Positions 61,573 to 64,000 of a stretch of DNA of 64,000 nucleotides are shown here, in pieces. Position 1 is the stretch's first letter, and each line of letters starts with the position of its first letter. Source of the DNA: Amphiscolops sp. MND2022 (taxonomy: Eukaryota); assembly GCA_964187785.1 (NCBI GenBank), contig OZ076410.1, forward strand, positions 28,396,001 through 28,460,000, in the 5' to 3' direction. The position numbers and the translations under genes are program-made. The notes under the pieces are model-generated. The model searched no databases and was not told the DNA's origin. It worked only from the letters and a program-made list of their open reading frames with translations.

Positions 61573-64000
61573 TCAGTGGGTTATAATACGCATACTCTTT
61601 TTTCCAATTTGATGGGGGATTTGCTCGCAGGTTGTATTTTTCCGGGGGGAGCTCTGGGTTGGGGTGTCGTTTTCATCGGTATCAGGGTTGCTGTTTAATG
61701 GGGCATCTCCTGGGTGTTCATCTGGGTTAGGTTCTACGGGGAAGTCACTTGGGCCGGTCATTGGGGTGTTCGTTTGTGTGGGCAGATCGTCGGGCGATTC
61801 TGGAATTGTTATCGTAGGTTCTGTTTGAAAAGGGGGGGTCGTTGAAGTGTAATCATCGAAATTTGACTGCCATGCCTGGGTGTATAGGTCGTCGTGGAAG
61901 ACGTCTACTTCCTTGTCTAGGGTGTAATCTTTGGGTAAGACGGGTTTGTCTGGGAGTGATTTGTCGGTAGGGCATGGTTTCAGGCGAATCCTATGTAGGA
62001 TCTGTGTATAGTTTGTCTGCAGTTTTCGTATTAGGTAATTGTTGTTAGGGAGCACTTTGACAATGATATAGGGGCCTGTCCAGAGGTATTCTTTGAATGG
62101 GAGTTTGGTGCCCTGGTTATTTGCTTTTGGGTGTAAGGCGTAACAGTATTCGTTGACGTTGAGAGGGTGGGCGTTCACTTTTTTGTCGTAATACTGTTTG
62201 TATCGCACGTATGACTGCATTAAGTTTTTGTTCACCGCCTCCTTGATTTGTTGTGTTTTATGTAGGATGTCTTCTCTCATATTCGTCGTCGTAGTTGTAG
62301 GTCGTTGATTTCGTATGCCGAACTTGAGATCCAACACGTTGTATGGGATCCTTCCGTGAAACACTCGGCTAGGTTCGCATCCTAAGGAGGAATGGTATGA
62401 TGTGTTGTAATTCAGCGTGGCGATTGCTACGTATTGGTGCCACATCGTCCTACGCTCTCCTGTCGAGATTTTCAACGATTCTTTCAGTGAGGCGTGGCTT
62501 CTTTCTAGAATTCCGATGGTTTGGGCATGTTTAGTGGTAGCGTGGCGGAGTTGTATGCCCAGGGTCCTTGTCGCGTCGGCCATGACTTCGGACATAAACT
62601 GGGTGCCTTTGTCAGTGATGACCGTAGTAGGGAGGTAGGCGTGACGGGTCATGATGTCGACCAAGACTCGGCCACTGTGGGGGCGTCTGTTTTGACGACA
62701 TTGTAGGTGAAGAGGTAACGCGAGTAGACGTCCATCGCAGTGACAATCGCGTTATAGCCACCGAAGGTTCATCGAACGGGACGATGTCCATTTGGAGTGC
62801 GTCTTCTGGGCCTAGGGCTAGTTTGGAAGTGTCTATCATTGGTGGTGTAATGGATCGTTTATCCGTTCGCTGGGTCTGCATGCCTTCGGTGCACCTGGAG
62901 ATGTGGTGTGCTATTCTGGATGCCATGCCTGGGTAATAGTACTTCTCTCTGCATTGCTGTATAACTTTGGCTATTCCGGGGTGCTTGTTGGCTTGTCCAT
63001 GGTGCGCTAGTATGAAGGAGTCAACCAAATGTTCAGGTAGCAGGGTTTGCAAGAATTTGACTTTCCCTGCATGATCGTAATACTGCCGGTATAACAGTCC
63101 GTCTTTTAGGATTATTCGGTTGGCTTGCGCGCTGTATTTGGCTGCTCGGGGGTCGTTTGCCAAAAAGTGTTCATTGTGAGGTTCTTTGAGTAAGCGGAGT
63201 TTGTAATTTCGCAGGACGTTGTCTTGGTCCTGTTGTTGTCTCATGGTTTTCATTGGACCATCGTATTCGTCGGTAGCCTTGGGTGGTCCTTGGGTTACGA
63301 ATATTTCCGTTTGAAATAGGGTAACTTCTTGATTTTTGGTTGGTGCATCAGGGTTGCTTTCGTGGGAGCAGGGTTTTTCATTGTTGTCATCGGCGATTTT
63401 CTTTCGCGCACGGAGCTTGCGCTCCCATATTTGTTCTTCAATTTCCGTGTCATCATCGGGAAGAAGAATTGTTCTTCCTCTGCGACGTCGGATGACTGTA
63501 TGTTGACCTGGATAGGCGTTGTCCGTATGTCTTCTCTTATTGTGAGGTGGACCTTGTCTTTTGGATGAAGGTCGAGGCGGGACAGGAAGTCCGCGGCTGT
63601 GTTCATTTTGCCCGGCACGTGGGCAATGGTGAAGTGGAACTGAAGGACAAAATCGCACGCGTTCCAGAGGGCCGGGGGAATGATTTTTGTTTGGAAGAAA
63701 CGCGTCACTGATTTATTGTCAGTGAGGACGACAACCGGTTTGGTTGATTTCCAAAGAATGTGGCAATACTCCATGAAAGCGAAGTAGACGGCCAGAAATT
63801 CTTTTGCGTAGATCGACATTTTGATTTGTGACGGGGAGAACATTTTTGACCCGAATGCCACTGGTGCATAGGTTTTTCGGACCGAGCTGATTTTTTCTTC
63901 TGGGTTTTCTTCGATCACGAGGGCGTAGCCCGCGTTTTTGAAGTTGGCGTCGGTCATCAGCACATATTGTCTGTTGGGCATGGGTTGTTTGAGCCACAAG
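61573..64000 (-). mobile_element. Ty3/gypsy pol (RNase H and integrase), frameshifted; continues beyond the window
   Basis: LMTDANF, VAFGSK...SIYAKEFLAV, LTDNKSV, HVPGKMNTAADFLSR; HPGIAK...YYYPGM; LQMDIV; TDKGTQF; GILERSH; PSRVFHG; WTGPYII. Confidence 0.93.

Noticed and set aside
1-64000. rRNA/tRNA genes, prokaryotic operon features, or a firm species assignment
   Set aside because: No recognisable structured RNA gene was seen; the content is eukaryotic transposon/virus-derived; the host cannot be identified from sequence inspection alone.

Overview
AT-rich eukaryotic (probably animal; inferred) repeat-dense DNA with no recognisable host gene. It is a nest of mobile elements. One Ty1/copia LTR retrotransposon (minus strand; pieces at ~8770-9030, 27239-28978, 49511-50660) has been split by two large insertions. 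(1) A full-length but decayed 18.2-kb Maverick/Polinton (9031-27238; AGTAGT...ACTACT termini, ~240-bp TIRs, perfect 6-bp TSD ATTCTT). It encodes packaging ATPase, integrase, minor and major capsid, core protein, adenain-like protease and EndoVII-type pPolB. It also carries unusual cargo: an EGF-like growth factor and a divergent ribosomal protein uS5 (RPS2)-like ORF. (2) A 20.5-kb fold-back element (28979-49510; AGTA...ACTACT termini, TSD CATAGG/CTTAGG) built from mirror-image arms. It encodes a different, VSR-type pPolB, a few small ORFs and its own EGF-like gene, but no recognisable integrase or capsid; one arm is tandemly duplicated. The window also holds a second partial Maverick copy (1-4029), LINE and Ty3/gypsy fragments and MITE-like repeats. 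At the right end, a gypsy pol converges on a long, degenerate, hAT-transposase-like ORF. All protein calls rest on motif recognition by eye, not database searches. Boundaries given with ~ are approximate.
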